Shown here one piece after another: positions 45,740 through 55,948 of a stretch of 64,000 bases of DNA (positions are counted from its first letter, which is position 1; each line of letters starts with the position of its first letter). The translations under genes were made by a program, and so were the position numbers. Source of the DNA: Patescibacteria group bacterium (lineage in GTDB: Bacteria; Patescibacteriota; Minisyncoccia; Phycocordibacterales; JAACPR01); contig JAKLEX010000001.1 in assembly GCA_022711495.1 (NCBI GenBank), forward strand, positions 436,882 through 500,881. The letters run 5' to 3'. The notes beneath the pieces were generated by a model. It saw only the letters and a list, made by a program, of their open reading frames with translations, did no database searches and was not told the DNA's origin.

Positions 45740-46756
45740 CTACTCGGAGATGCACGGCTGAAACTCGGTATTCAAAACAACCGGTAATAGTCGCGACTCC
45801 GCTTCACCATTATTTTTTAACACAATTTCCACCGCGCCGCCATTTTTAACGGCTTCTGACCAATATTGATCAAAAATAAAATTACCAAGCGAATAAAAAA
45901 TCTGACCGGTACCGAATTTCCCCTCATACTCCTCCCTTTCCTGCAAAATATGCGGATGAGTTCCGACGACCAGATCGGCTCCGGCATCAATAAAATCGTG
46001 AGCAATTTTTCTGATTCTCTTTGAGACCGGCAAATATTCGTCGCCCCAATGAGCGAAAATTATTTTGAAGTCGGCTGAAGTTTCCTTGTCACTACCAGAA
46101 AAGTCTTTAAGATTTTTGATTGTTTTACTGGCCGAAACGGCGTCTGAAAATTCATTAAAAGGAATCAGAGTAAAAGTTACGTCATTTTTCGTCAAAGTCA
46201 AAATCCCGTTATTCTCATCTGTCAGATCGCCAAAATAATTCAGTCCGGATTTTAAAATATTTTCTTTGGTTTGGCGAAGACCCTCTAGACCAAAATCGGA
46301 GGCATGATTATTAGCAATGCTCACAATATTTATCCCCGAATTTTTCATGGCCGATAAAGTCTCCGGCGACATGGTGAATTTAAAAAGATTTGGATCTTTT
46401 TCAGTTTTTACTCGGCTAACCGAAGCAAAATTCGTTACCGGACCTTCCAAATTCCCAATAACAAAATCGTAATGAGAAAAGGTCGGCATGGCGCATTCAA
46501 AATAAAAATCATATCCTTTCTTCTCGGCTACCGTGCGGATATTTCTGTCCATCATGATATCGCCAACGAATAACAATCGGATTTCCGAAACCGGATTTTT
46601 CTCTGCCCTTCTTTGGACCGAAGCTTCGGCAACAGAAGCCAAGTTTGAGGAAATGGAATGAGATAAAGCCTTTATTGGCGCGTAGAAATAACGGCTTAAA
46701 CCTAAAAATACAACAAAAGTACTGACAACTAGGACGATTGTAAAATTCCTCAACAT
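45740..46756 (-). CDS. CapA/PgsA-family metallophosphatase-like protein
   Basis: N-terminal TM, then LLFVGDIMMDRNIR..., ANNHASDFG, and GADLVVGTHPHILQ, all typical of PGA_cap. Confidence 0.7.
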   Translation of the reverse strand: MLRNFTIVLVVSTFVVFLGLSRYFYAPIKALSHSISSNLASVAEASVQRRAEKNPVSEIRLLFVGDIMMDRNIRTVAEKKGYDFYFECAMPTFSHYDFVIGNLEGPVTNFASVSRVKTEKDPNLFKFTMSPETLSAMKNSGINIVSIANNHASDFGLEGLRQTKENILKSGLNYFGDLTDENNGILTLTKNDVTFTLIPFNEFSDAVSASKTIKNLKDFSGSDKETSADFKIIFAHWGDEYLPVSKRIRKIAHDFIDAGADLVVGTHPHILQEREEYEGKFGTGQIFYSLGNFIFDQYWSEAVKNGGAVEIVLKNNGEAESRLLPVVLNTEFQPCISE

Positions 46757-46787
46757 CTTTAAAAATCAATTTGAATTACAACTTGAG

Positions 46788-47603
46788 TTACAAAATATTT
46801 TTCAAATAAGCGAAACCGCCGAAAATTCCGCCGATCGATCCGAGAGTCGCTAAACGGATCTCCGGAATTTCCGGATGAATTTTCATAAGCTTGGAAATTT
46901 CTTCTTTCAACCGATCGGCGTTCAAGTCTTTGGCCATGGAACCACCAACCACCACGACATCCGGCGACCAATGCAAAATAGAATTATGAATGCCGATGGC
47001 GACATTGCGTTCAATTTTTTGCCAATGAGCCGTCTTGGCCACTTCTTTCGGATGCTTTTTATATTTCTTTTCAACCGCCGTGCCGCTGGCTAAGTCCTCC
47101 CAATTCTCTCCCGTCTCATTGTTTAAAATTTGATAACCGGGTTCAAAACCGAATTTGTTTTTCTCAAATTTTCCTCGAACAATTTTAGCGCCGCCGATAC
47201 CAGTTGAAACGGTTATGTAAACAACGGAATCAAAACCCTTCCCCGCGCCGGCCAGAGCCTCGCCCAGACCGACCATGGCCGAATCGTTCTCAATAAAAAC
47301 TTTGGCTCCGAATTCTTTTTCAAAAAATTCTTTGATGGGCACACGCTCCCAGGCTTTTAAATGATTAGACTTCAACAAAAATTCATGAGTCGGATTGATG
47401 ATGCCGGCAATGCCGAAAATAATCGCTTCAACCTTCTCTTTCTTGACCAGATTTCTGATGGTCGTAGCGATAAGTTTTAAGCCCTCCTTCGGATTAGTGG
47501 GCGTCTCTTCAATTATCGGTTCGTCAAATTCAACCAAATCTTCGGATTTGGCAACCCGAAACTGTGTTCCTCCAATATCGCAAGCAATATACATGATGAG
47601 CAA
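46788..47603 (-). CDS. ROK-family sugar kinase / repressor-like protein
   Basis: N-terminal ACDIGGTQFRVA and the central GIGGAKIV...G motifs point to a ROK/glucokinase-like fold. Confidence 0.65.
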   Translation of the reverse strand: MLIMYIACDIGGTQFRVAKSEDLVEFDEPIIEETPTNPKEGLKLIATTIRNLVKKEKVEAIIFGIAGIINPTHEFLLKSNHLKAWERVPIKEFFEKEFGAKVFIENDSAMVGLGEALAGAGKGFDSVVYITVSTGIGGAKIVRGKFEKNKFGFEPGYQILNNETGENWEDLASGTAVEKKYKKHPKEVAKTAHWQKIERNVAIGIHNSILHWSPDVVVVGGSMAKDLNADRLKEEISKLMKIHPEIPEIRLATLGSIGGIFGGFAYLKNIL

Positions 47604-47604
47604 A

Positions 47605-48870
47605 TTATATCATGAAATCCGCTTCCACTTGCCGGTCTTCGGCGATCGTTTTGTAAACATAAGCTGAATCGCGCACCGTTCGCTCCTGCGTTTTTGGATC
47701 TACTTTCACCAAGCCAAAGCGCGGCCAGAATCCCTTATCCCATTCAAAATTATCTAGAAGTGACCAATAGAAATATCCGCGGACATCAACTCCGTCTTTA
47801 ATCGCGTTGGAAACCGAAGCCAGCGCACGAACGATAAATTTTTCCCGTATCGTGTCAAAAGCATCAGCTAGGCCGTTTTCCGTAATGTAAATCGGCCGAT
47901 GATATTTTTTAAGCTCAATGAGCGCCTGATGGATTGACTCGGGATGAAATTCCCAGCCAAAATCTGTTTGCTCAATGTTGGGGTTTTTACCAAAACCGTT
48001 GTTAATAACGTTTCTATTATAATGATTGAGACCGATAAAATCCTGGTGTTTTCGTATTCGTCGTAAAAACATACTATTAACAAACCAGTCTGCGATTTTT
48101 TTCAAAAGTTTATTAACGAGAGTTGGTCGCAACGTTTGAAACGCCACCTGATGGCTGGCTATACCGACTTGCGCGTCAACCAGATTTCGTCTGATTGCTT
48201 CATATGCTAATTTATGAGCTTTAATCAAACTTTTTATCGCGCGAAAATACAGAAAAAGGCTTTTCTTCTGCGGAGGCCAAAATCCATACAAATAAGCATG
48301 CGAGGCCAATATTGTCGGCTCATTTAAGGTAATCCAAAACTTAACATCTCGGCCCAGCGCTCGAGAGACTTTCTCCGCGTATAAACGGAATTTTTCCGGG
48401 AAATCGCGGGCCAGTATTCCGCCCCTTTCCGCCAACCAATTTGGCAGAGTCCAGTGCCAAATGGTCATAAACGGCTCAATTTTCCGTGAACGCAAAGACC
48501 GAATCATCCCGCGATAGCGTGAAATGGCCGATTCATCAAACTTCCCTTCCACCGGCTCCACCCGCGACCATTCAATAGAAAAACGATAGGCACTCAAGCC
48601 GAGAAAATTTATCAGATTAAAATCTTCTTCGTACCGATTCCACGAATCGCAGGCTTTTCCTGAAACATAATTCTTGGGGTCGGTCGCTTCGTTTTTGAAC
48701 TTTGACCAATGAGGATTCCACCTGAAAGCTTCTTCAGATTCTCGTGCCAGTCTTTGAGCATTCGCCTTTTCCCATTTCGTCCAGTCGTTATTCTGGCCGC
48801 CCTCAATTTGATGAGACGCCGTCGCGGCCCCGAAGTAAAAGCCCGGAGGAAATGGAAAAATCTTTTTCAT
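47605..48870 (-). CDS. Glycoside hydrolase family 1 (beta-glucosidase-like)
   Basis: FYFGAATASHQIEGG..., TLNEP (acid/base) and ITENG (nucleophile). Confidence 0.85.
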   Translation of the reverse strand: MKKIFPFPPGFYFGAATASHQIEGGQNNDWTKWEKANAQRLARESEEAFRWNPHWSKFKNEATDPKNYVSGKACDSWNRYEEDFNLINFLGLSAYRFSIEWSRVEPVEGKFDESAISRYRGMIRSLRSRKIEPFMTIWHWTLPNWLAERGGILARDFPEKFRLYAEKVSRALGRDVKFWITLNEPTILASHAYLYGFWPPQKKSLFLYFRAIKSLIKAHKLAYEAIRRNLVDAQVGIASHQVAFQTLRPTLVNKLLKKIADWFVNSMFLRRIRKHQDFIGLNHYNRNVINNGFGKNPNIEQTDFGWEFHPESIHQALIELKKYHRPIYITENGLADAFDTIREKFIVRALASVSNAIKDGVDVRGYFYWSLLDNFEWDKGFWPRFGLVKVDPKTQERTVRDSAYVYKTIAEDRQVEADFMI

Positions 48871-48877
48871 GATTAAA

Positions 48878-49804
48878 TTATCGGTCTTTAAGGTAACGCT
48901 TGATGGCTACAAAACTGGAGACACTGCCAATAAATATTCCGGCGGCGACAATGACTAACAAAATCTGGCCGAAATTCTGCAAATAATACTCAAACAAATC
49001 CAGTCCGAAGAAGAGTTCGGCGGTGTCTTTGCCGACATATAAAGTTATCGGGTACAGCAGAATCATCACCAAAATAGATGAGACTAAGCCATAAATGGCG
49101 CCAGCAACAATAAACGGCCCGGTGATGTAACTGTGGTCGGCACCAACCAAATTCATCACTCGAATCTCATCGCGCGAAATATACATAGCCAGACGAATCG
49201 TGTTCAAAGTAATCAAAATGGAAAGAATGATAAAGATAATCGTAATGATCGCACCGAATTTTTCACCGGCATCAATGATGTTGCTAAGTTTTTCTATGAC
49301 CTCATGTTTCTTCGTTGAATTGACACTATCAATGACGGAATTAACCGTGCCGACTTCATAGTTATCCTCTAGAAATTTATTGATCGCCTCGTATTGAGAC
49401 AAATCAACAGCTTTAATTTTAAGAGAGGCGCCAAACGGATTGTCCTGTAATAATTCCAAAGCGTCCAAAGTTATCTGTTCGTCTGAATTGTCTGTGATGA
49501 ATTCTTGCAGAACTTCGTCGCGAGACAACAATTGAACCGACTCAATCTGCGGCAAAGTACTCAAGTCTTCGCGCATTTTCTCAATGGTGGCTTCTGCCGC
49601 ATCTGGCAAAAGATTAATGTTGATATCAACTTTCTGTTCAAGAGAAGTCAAAGTATGCTCCAGAAGCACGCTAGAAAATATCGCACCAGTCAAAATCAGA
49701 AGCGTAATAACCATGACAAAAATCGCCGACAGAGAAACCACCCCATTCCGCCAGAAATCAATGAACCCCGTTTTTAATATTCTTTTAAAGCTTAACCAAA
49801 ACAT
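48878..49804 (-). CDS. ftsX: Cell division ABC transporter permease FtsX
   Basis: A four-TM FtsX-like permease with a large periplasmic loop, adjacent to ftsE. Confidence 0.8.
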   Translation of the reverse strand: MFWLSFKRILKTGFIDFWRNGVVSLSAIFVMVITLLILTGAIFSSVLLEHTLTSLEQKVDININLLPDAAEATIEKMREDLSTLPQIESVQLLSRDEVLQEFITDNSDEQITLDALELLQDNPFGASLKIKAVDLSQYEAINKFLEDNYEVGTVNSVIDSVNSTKKHEVIEKLSNIIDAGEKFGAIITIIFIILSILITLNTIRLAMYISRDEIRVMNLVGADHSYITGPFIVAGAIYGLVSSILVMILLYPITLYVGKDTAELFFGLDLFEYYLQNFGQILLVIVAAGIFIGSVSSFVAIKRYLKDR

Positions 49805-49813
49805 AATGATTTA

Positions 49814-50494
49814 TTATAAAACATATCGTCCGGTTGGGTCATCTCGAACAATCCGGCCGCCTTCCAAAGTAATAACCCTCTTCCCCAATTCATCAATCAC
49901 GCCCTTGTTGTGAGTCGTCAAAATTACCGTAGTTCCTAGATCGTTGATTTTTTTCAGGATCTGAACGATTTCGTAAGTATTTATCGGATCCAAGTTACCA
50001 GTCGGCTCATCGGCCACAATAACGTCCGGCTGATTAACAATGGCCCGGGCGATAGCGACGCGTTGTCTCTCACCGCCGGATAATTCTGTTGGAAAATTAA
50101 GTTCTTTATCAGCCAAATCAACCAACTCCAAAACATAAGGCACATCGGCGACAATTTCTTCATCTGTCCGGCCAGCCGCTTCCATGGCAAAGGCGATATT
50201 TTCATAAACAGTTTTATTCGGAAGGAGACGATAGTCCTGGAAAATCGTGCCAATTCGCCGACGCAACTTGTTAACCTCAGACTTTTTAAGGGCATTGATA
50301 TTGGTAGACTCAAAAAATATTTTGCCCTCGGTCGGCTTTTCTTCAGCCAGAAGCATCTTGATCAGAGTGGTTTTGCCGGCGCCCGAGTGGCCGACAATTG
50401 AGACGAATTCCTTCGGTTCAATCTTTAAAGTGACATCACACAAGGCCTTGGTGCTGTCATCGTAAACTTTTGTGACTTTATCAAAGTAAATCAT
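49814..50494 (-). CDS. ftsE: Cell division ATP-binding protein FtsE
   Basis: Walker A GHSGAGKTTL, the ABC signature LSGGERQRVAIARA, and Walker B VIVADEPTGNLD. Confidence 0.85.
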   Translation of the reverse strand: MIYFDKVTKVYDDSTKALCDVTLKIEPKEFVSIVGHSGAGKTTLIKMLLAEEKPTEGKIFFESTNINALKKSEVNKLRRRIGTIFQDYRLLPNKTVYENIAFAMEAAGRTDEEIVADVPYVLELVDLADKELNFPTELSGGERQRVAIARAIVNQPDVIVADEPTGNLDPINTYEIVQILKKINDLGTTVILTTHNKGVIDELGKRVITLEGGRIVRDDPTGRYVL

Positions 50495-50529
50495 ACTTAA
50501 AATAAACCCGAAAAAATTACCCACCTTTC

Positions 50530-51411
50530 CTATTTTTTCATAGCTTCTATAAACAAGTCAATTCCGCCGCCAAGAACAGCTTCAACATCGGACGTTTCCG
50601 TCTTGGTGCGGTGATCTTTAACCATTTTGTACGGATGCAAAACGTAAGATCGAATCTGACTGCCCCAGGACGCTTCGGTATTTTTTGAGACAGATAACTC
50701 CGCGATGTCGTCTTTTTTCTGTTCTTCCAGAAGCTTATATATTTTACCACAAATTAACTCAAGGGCCTTCTCTTTATTTTGGGCCTGGCTTCTCTCATTT
50801 GAGACAAAGGCTGAAAGACCGGTCGGTTTGTGGACAATACGAACGGCCGTTTCTCGTTTGTTGACATTTTGTCCGCCTGGTCCGCTGGATTTAGTATAAG
50901 AAATCTCCAACTCATCATCTTTGATTTTAAGTCCGTCGTCGTCGGCAAACTCCGGCAAAACTTCAACCAGAGCGAAAGAAGTCTGTCGTTTCCCGGCTGA
51001 ATTAAATGGCGATTTTCTAACAAGCCGGTGAACGCCGGATTCGGATTTCAGTGTGCCATAAACGTTTTTACCAATTATTTCAAAAGTGGCCGAACGAAAC
51101 CCGCCATTGTCGTTTTTATTCTCATCCAGAAAATTAATCTGCCACTGACGCCGGCCGACAAACTTCATATACATTTCCAAAAGCATTCGCGTCCAATCTT
51201 CAGCGTCTTCCCCGCCGACACCGGCAAAAATATTAATGATGGCGTTATTTTTGTCGTGTTTTTCTCTGCCGGCCAGAGAATTTTTTAAATCGTCCAGTTC
51301 GCGAAGGGTTTTCTGCGCCAAGTCCTTGTTTTGCCAAAAGTCATTCTGAAGCATAAGTTGCTCAATCTCGGAGATGCGCTTTTCAATGGCAGATTTGTCC
51401 TTTTTATCCAT
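50530..51411 (-). CDS. prfB: Peptide chain release factor 2, N-terminally short, with no programmed frameshift site
   Basis: The SPF tripeptide (RKSPFNSAGKRQTSF) and the GGQ motif (SGPGGQNVNKRETAV) are present. No CTT-TGA-C frameshift motif is found, and there is no upstream coding space. Confidence 0.85.
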   Translation of the reverse strand: MDKKDKSAIEKRISEIEQLMLQNDFWQNKDLAQKTLRELDDLKNSLAGREKHDKNNAIINIFAGVGGEDAEDWTRMLLEMYMKFVGRRQWQINFLDENKNDNGGFRSATFEIIGKNVYGTLKSESGVHRLVRKSPFNSAGKRQTSFALVEVLPEFADDDGLKIKDDELEISYTKSSGPGGQNVNKRETAVRIVHKPTGLSAFVSNERSQAQNKEKALELICGKIYKLLEEQKKDDIAELSVSKNTEASWGSQIRSYVLHPYKMVKDHRTKTETSDVEAVLGGGIDLFIEAMKK

Positions 51412-51510
51412 ATCACGTCTTATCTTAACAGAAGATTGGAATTTGAAAAACAAACTCGCTTTTCAGACGAATTTCACATAAAATAGCTAACAGTTTTAAA
51501 TTCACTCAAA

Positions 51511-52197
51511 ATGCTGGGCAACGATAAAAAAGAAATCCTCCGAAATTTGGCCGGTTTAATTGTTATCTTTCTTATAATTTTCGTCTCGTTTCGGTTTTTC
51601 AATATGGATCAAGTCAGAGATTACATAGAACGCGCCGGGCTTTGGGCGCCGGTAATTTTTATTCTGGCCAAAGCTTCTACTATTGTCTTTGCTCCCCTTT
51701 CCGGCTCACCGCTCTATCCGTTAGCCGGAGTTCTCTTTGATCCGATCTTCGGATTTATTTACATTGTTCTCGGCGACGCTCTCGGAGCGACGGTTTCCTT
51801 TTATATCAGCCGATTATTTGGACGTAGTTTTATTGAAAAGTTTGTTCGTGGAGACATTCAATCCGTTGATAAAGTCCTGGGCTTCATAGAAAAGAAACGT
51901 GGCTTTTTGATCGCCAGAATTTGTTTCGCCGCGTTGCCGGAAGCCATAAGTTACGCCGCCGGACTGACCAGAATTAGGTTTCTAACTTTTTTTATGATTC
52001 ACAACGCAGTTGGATTAATTCCGTCAGCAATTTTGGTCTGGTCTGGGGCATTTTTGACGACACTTACGGGCAATCCGCTTGTCATACTGGCCATCGTGAT
52101 TATCGGATTTGTCGCCGCCGGAGCGGGAGCTTTCTTGCTAACAAGATTTGCCAATGAAAAAAGCGACCCAGCCGACCATCATGGGATGATAAACTGA
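51511..52197 (+). CDS. TVP38/TMEM64 (DedA-like) family membrane protein
   Basis: The region VFAPLSGSPLYPLAGVLFDPIFGFIYIVLGDALGATVSFYISRLFGR matches the family. Confidence 0.7.
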   Translation: MLGNDKKEILRNLAGLIVIFLIIFVSFRFFNMDQVRDYIERAGLWAPVIFILAKASTIVFAPLSGSPLYPLAGVLFDPIFGFIYIVLGDALGATVSFYISRLFGRSFIEKFVRGDIQSVDKVLGFIEKKRGFLIARICFAALPEAISYAAGLTRIRFLTFFMIHNAVGLIPSAILVWSGAFLTTLTGNPLVILAIVIIGFVAAGAGAFLLTRFANEKSDPADHHGMIN

Positions 52198-52231
52198 GTC
52201 GCTTTGAATTATTACTACACTAACCACCGGG

Positions 52232-53485
52232 TTATGGGCGCACGATAAGCGTCCACCGACGCGCTGGTCGAAGCCAGCGAAGGATATCGCGAATATCGTC
52301 CATAGTTACACGGTTCACAGCTTCGCAATATTCCGCAAGCGTTATAACCCTTTGATATACGTCCAGATCGGCAATTGCGTCGTCGCAGAGCTCTCGAGCT
52401 GTCAGATCTAACATTGTGATGCGAGAGGTTTTCATCTCCTTGACCTTTTCCAACAGGTCCTCACGATCAGAGAGAGAGGATATGCAATCCTCAATAGTCC
52501 CTTCTATTCTATCAAGCGCACTAAGAACAAACGCGTCGCAGTTGATAGAAAACTCATAGAAGTTTCTATAATTACACCAATCACCGCTTATGGCATAAGT
52601 CCAGGCGCGCTTTTCCCGGATTTCCTCTCCCAGTAATTTATCAACCATCTCCTCCAGAATCGCAATTGCGCGATTATTTACCCTTCCAGGAACTTGAGCG
52701 ACGCTTCTGTACGCGCCACTTGTAACCTGAATCCCCATGGATTTAGTCGTCTCAAACACGTGACGATTCTCCGCGGGCAGAGTGGCACCAGTTGTTGGTG
52801 TTGATAGGGGGACTCGAGCCCCAACCTTATCCACCAAAAATGCACTTTTGGAAAGGAGCTCAACGAGTTCAGATATCTGCAACCCGCCGACACCGACAAT
52901 ACTTATGTTGGCGGGAGTGTAATAATTATCGTAGTGCTTTTGCAGATCTGCCTGAGTTATACGCCGAATTGAATCTGGATCACCAAGCGTTCGAACAAAT
53001 CTACCCAACCACTTATCTGGGTATAACATCTTGCGTTCTCGCCACTTCAGATCGAGCTTGTCCCTGGTCGGATAGCGACGATTAAACTCTTCCAGGATAA
53101 CCGATCGCTCGCGCTCAATAAGTTTATCAAGTCGCGCTGAAAGCAACATGTGGCCAAACATTGAAAACGCCCGGACAATAGTTGCGGGGTCGATTGGAAG
53201 GAAGAAACTATATTTAACGTTTGAATAGCCGGTCCGACCCAGGCCGATTTTTCCACCCCTGGCCCCAAAGAAACTCCGCATTTCATCCTTTGTAACAATG
53301 GTATTTTCTGATACCAGATGTTCAACAAAATGCGATAACCCCTCTAGACCAATCGGATCGTTTTCAGCTCCACTATGGACAATAAAGCCCATTGCCTCCC
53401 ACGGCCGACCAGGCCAGTGAGCGGCATAGACAGTCAATCCATTCCATAGAACTGCTGATTCAAACTCTGCATATGGATCCCACAT
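52232..53485 (-). CDS. M16-family (pitrilysin/insulinase-like) zinc peptidase
   Basis: The inverted zinc motif HFVEH (HxxEH) lies near the N-terminus, with a downstream E. GC is moderately elevated. Confidence 0.6.
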   Translation of the reverse strand: MWDPYAEFESAVLWNGLTVYAAHWPGRPWEAMGFIVHSGAENDPIGLEGLSHFVEHLVSENTIVTKDEMRSFFGARGGKIGLGRTGYSNVKYSFFLPIDPATIVRAFSMFGHMLLSARLDKLIERERSVILEEFNRRYPTRDKLDLKWRERKMLYPDKWLGRFVRTLGDPDSIRRITQADLQKHYDNYYTPANISIVGVGGLQISELVELLSKSAFLVDKVGARVPLSTPTTGATLPAENRHVFETTKSMGIQVTSGAYRSVAQVPGRVNNRAIAILEEMVDKLLGEEIREKRAWTYAISGDWCNYRNFYEFSINCDAFVLSALDRIEGTIEDCISSLSDREDLLEKVKEMKTSRITMLDLTARELCDDAIADLDVYQRVITLAEYCEAVNRVTMDDIRDILRWLRPARRWTLIVRP

Positions 53486-53624
53486 CGTAAACCTACCTTT
53501 CTGTGTTAGTTTTTGTAATTATGAAAGAGCAAATCCGCTGCCTAAAATTATATTATATCAAGATAACAATGTCAAATATCCTTCAAAAAGTCTGGGGTTC
53601 AAAAATCAAGACGTCTAATATTAG

Positions 53625-53697
53625 AGCCAATGGCCGGGATTGAACCGGCGACCCCGTCCTTACCATGGACGTGCTCTACCAACTGAGCTACATTGGC
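53625..53697 (-). tRNA. tRNA-Thr, anticodon GGT
   Basis: The reverse complement begins GCCAATGTAGCTCAGTTGGTAGAGC, with anticodon loop ATGGTAA and T-arm GGTTCAATCC. Confidence 0.85.
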
Positions 53698-53799
53698 GGT
53701 TAAAGTCTAGTTAAATTTAATATAAAATCGCCAGAAATTCAATAAGAAGCGGTTTTAAAGCGCGACGGAAAAAATTCAAACTTGAGCATCTGCGACTTG

Positions 53800-53872
53800 A
53801 GCCACCTCGCAGAATCGAACTGCGGACCTCTGCTTTACGAAAGCATTGCTCTACCGGCTGAGCTAAGGTGGC
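53800..53872 (-). tRNA. tRNA-Thr, anticodon CGT
   Basis: The reverse complement begins GCCACCTTAGCTCAGCCGGTAGAGC, with anticodon loop TTCGTAA and T-arm AGTTCGATTCT. Confidence 0.85.
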
Positions 53873-53894
53873 AAACCTCAATCAGATTCTTCTA

Positions 53895-55079
53895 CTAAAT
53901 TATCACCCTTTTTAGATTTGGCCAAACGCGAGTCACGATTTCGTAATTAATCGTGCCGATTCTGGCGGCCAGTTCTTCGGCGGAAATTTCTTCTTTTCCT
54001 TGACGACCGAGTAAAACTACTTCGGCTTTAGAAATTTTATCAAGAAAAGATTTTGTCGGATGTCCTTTCGCCAGCCCAGTAACATCGGCAACAATCATAT
54101 TCATGGCCACTCGACCAATTATCGGACATCTTCGGTCGAGAACCAAAACTTCGGAATTATTGGAAAAGCCGCGATCATAACCGTCGCTATAACCCTGTGG
54201 AAGTACGGCGACAGTCGTCGGCGTCTTGGTAATAAAAGTACAACCATAGCCAACCGGGAAATTCTTTGGAATCTTTTTAATCTGTGCGATTCTTGTAACC
54301 CAGCGCATGACCGGTTTCAGAATTATCCTCTCTGACTTATCGGCTCCCGATTTTTTACTACCGCCAAAACGGCGTCGCAGACTTTCTGATGGCCATAAAC
54401 CATAAAGGCCAATTCCCAGTCGCACGATTTTTCCGCCCCAATTGTTTTTTTGATCCGTCAGAAAACCGGAAGTGGCCGAAATGTGGTGAAAGATATTTTT
54501 AAAACCGGCTTTGGTGGCGATTTTTTTCACCGCCAACAATTCTTGATGTTGTAACTTAGCTTGAGAAAGATTGCTGACGTCTTCAATGTTCGAAAAATGC
54601 GAATAAACCGCCTCAACCGAGAGATTTTTACATCTGCTCAGTTCGGCAAAAAATTTTTGAGCGTCTCTTCTCAATATTCCCTGCCGACCGAGAAACGCAT
54701 CAACCTTAACATGAACAGGAATAATTTTATTTCTCTTTTTAGCGGCGGCATTTAATTTTCGCGCCACCTCAAGATCATAAATTCCCAAAATCGCGTTCAG
54801 GCGAACGCATTCGTTCAAATCAGCCACGCTGACAAAACCAAAAACCAAAACAGGCTTTTTCGTGTATTGGCGGATTTCTTTCAGTTCAGCGAAGTCATCA
54901 ACTTGAAAATAATCAATGTATTTTTCGGCAATGGAGACGATTTCTTTCATCCCGTGACCATACGCGTTGGCCTTTACGACCGCGGCGATCTTGTTACCGG
55001 CCGGAAGTTTCTCGCGAATTTGACGGATATTAGAGATTAAATTCTTTCTAAAGATTTGGATTTCAGCTACGGAATTCAT
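53895..55079 (-). CDS. alr: Alanine racemase
   Basis: PLP-lysine motif AVVKANAYGHGMKEIV. 394 aa, two-domain architecture. Confidence 0.85.
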   Translation of the reverse strand: MNSVAEIQIFRKNLISNIRQIREKLPAGNKIAAVVKANAYGHGMKEIVSIAEKYIDYFQVDDFAELKEIRQYTKKPVLVFGFVSVADLNECVRLNAILGIYDLEVARKLNAAAKKRNKIIPVHVKVDAFLGRQGILRRDAQKFFAELSRCKNLSVEAVYSHFSNIEDVSNLSQAKLQHQELLAVKKIATKAGFKNIFHHISATSGFLTDQKNNWGGKIVRLGIGLYGLWPSESLRRRFGGSKKSGADKSERIILKPVMRWVTRIAQIKKIPKNFPVGYGCTFITKTPTTVAVLPQGYSDGYDRGFSNNSEVLVLDRRCPIIGRVAMNMIVADVTGLAKGHPTKSFLDKISKAEVVLLGRQGKEEISAEELAARIGTINYEIVTRVWPNLKRVII

Positions 55080-55095
55080 AAAAAATAATTTAAAT

Positions 55096-55914
55096 CTAAT
55101 TTAAACTTACCTTTTGTACCCCTATTTTTCGCCCCATTAACCGTCCGCCGATACGTCGGAACTTTTCCGTTAAATCGGTAGTATAAAAATCTCTTTTGGA
55201 GTTTTTGGCTAAAAGTCTTTCTATCTCGGGATGGCGGCGCAAATAATCAGCCAACTTTTTAGCGACAATTTTCCCTTCGCTGACAATCAGAATTTTCCGG
55301 TTGGATTTCGCTAAAATTTTCCGAATATTATTCAGTAGTAATCCGTAATGAGTGCAACCAAGAATTAAAGTATCAACATTTTTAGCTACCAACGGCTTCA
55401 AATAATTCTCAATGGAGAGATTGACAATTCTTTGATCTTTTTCGCCGGCCTCAACAATCGGAACAAGCAAAGGACAGGCTTTTTGGAAAGCTCTGATTCT
55501 GGAATCTTTTTTCTTTAATTCGGCAACGAAAGCTTCTGATTGAATAGTGCTTTCCGTTCCAAGTATGCCAATTTTACGATTCTTAGTTTTTTGAACGGCT
55601 TCCTCAATCGCCGGAATAATCACGCCCAAAACTCGTCGAGTCGGATATTTTTTAGGCAGATATGCCTGTTGAACTTTCCTCAAAGCTTCGGCTGACGCCG
55701 TGTTGCAGGCCAAAATAACCAATTGACAACCTCGAGAAAAAAGAAAATCCAGCGACTCGGTAACATATTGATATATCGTTTCTTGCGACCTTGAACCGTA
55801 TGGCGCCCGCGCGTTGTCGCCCAAATAGACAAAATCGTATTTCGGCAAAATCTTTTCAATTTGACGAAAAATATCAAGCCCGCCAAAGCCAGAATCAAAC
55901 ACCCCGATTTTCAT
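55096..55914 (-). CDS. murI: Glutamate racemase
   Basis: MKIGVFDSGFGGL..., the VYLGDNARAPYG motif and the GCTHY catalytic Cys motif. Confidence 0.85.
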   Translation of the reverse strand: MKIGVFDSGFGGLDIFRQIEKILPKYDFVYLGDNARAPYGSRSQETIYQYVTESLDFLFSRGCQLVILACNTASAEALRKVQQAYLPKKYPTRRVLGVIIPAIEEAVQKTKNRKIGILGTESTIQSEAFVAELKKKDSRIRAFQKACPLLVPIVEAGEKDQRIVNLSIENYLKPLVAKNVDTLILGCTHYGLLLNNIRKILAKSNRKILIVSEGKIVAKKLADYLRRHPEIERLLAKNSKRDFYTTDLTEKFRRIGGRLMGRKIGVQKVSLN

Positions 55915-55948
55915 AAGATTAGTATAGCAAAAGAAAGGCCCGATTGTA

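Noticed and set aside
50530-51453. Looked for the RF2 programmed +1 frameshift site (CTT TGA C)
   Set aside because: It is not present on the coding strand. The ORF is continuous from its ATG, and only about 60 nt of intergenic space lie upstream.
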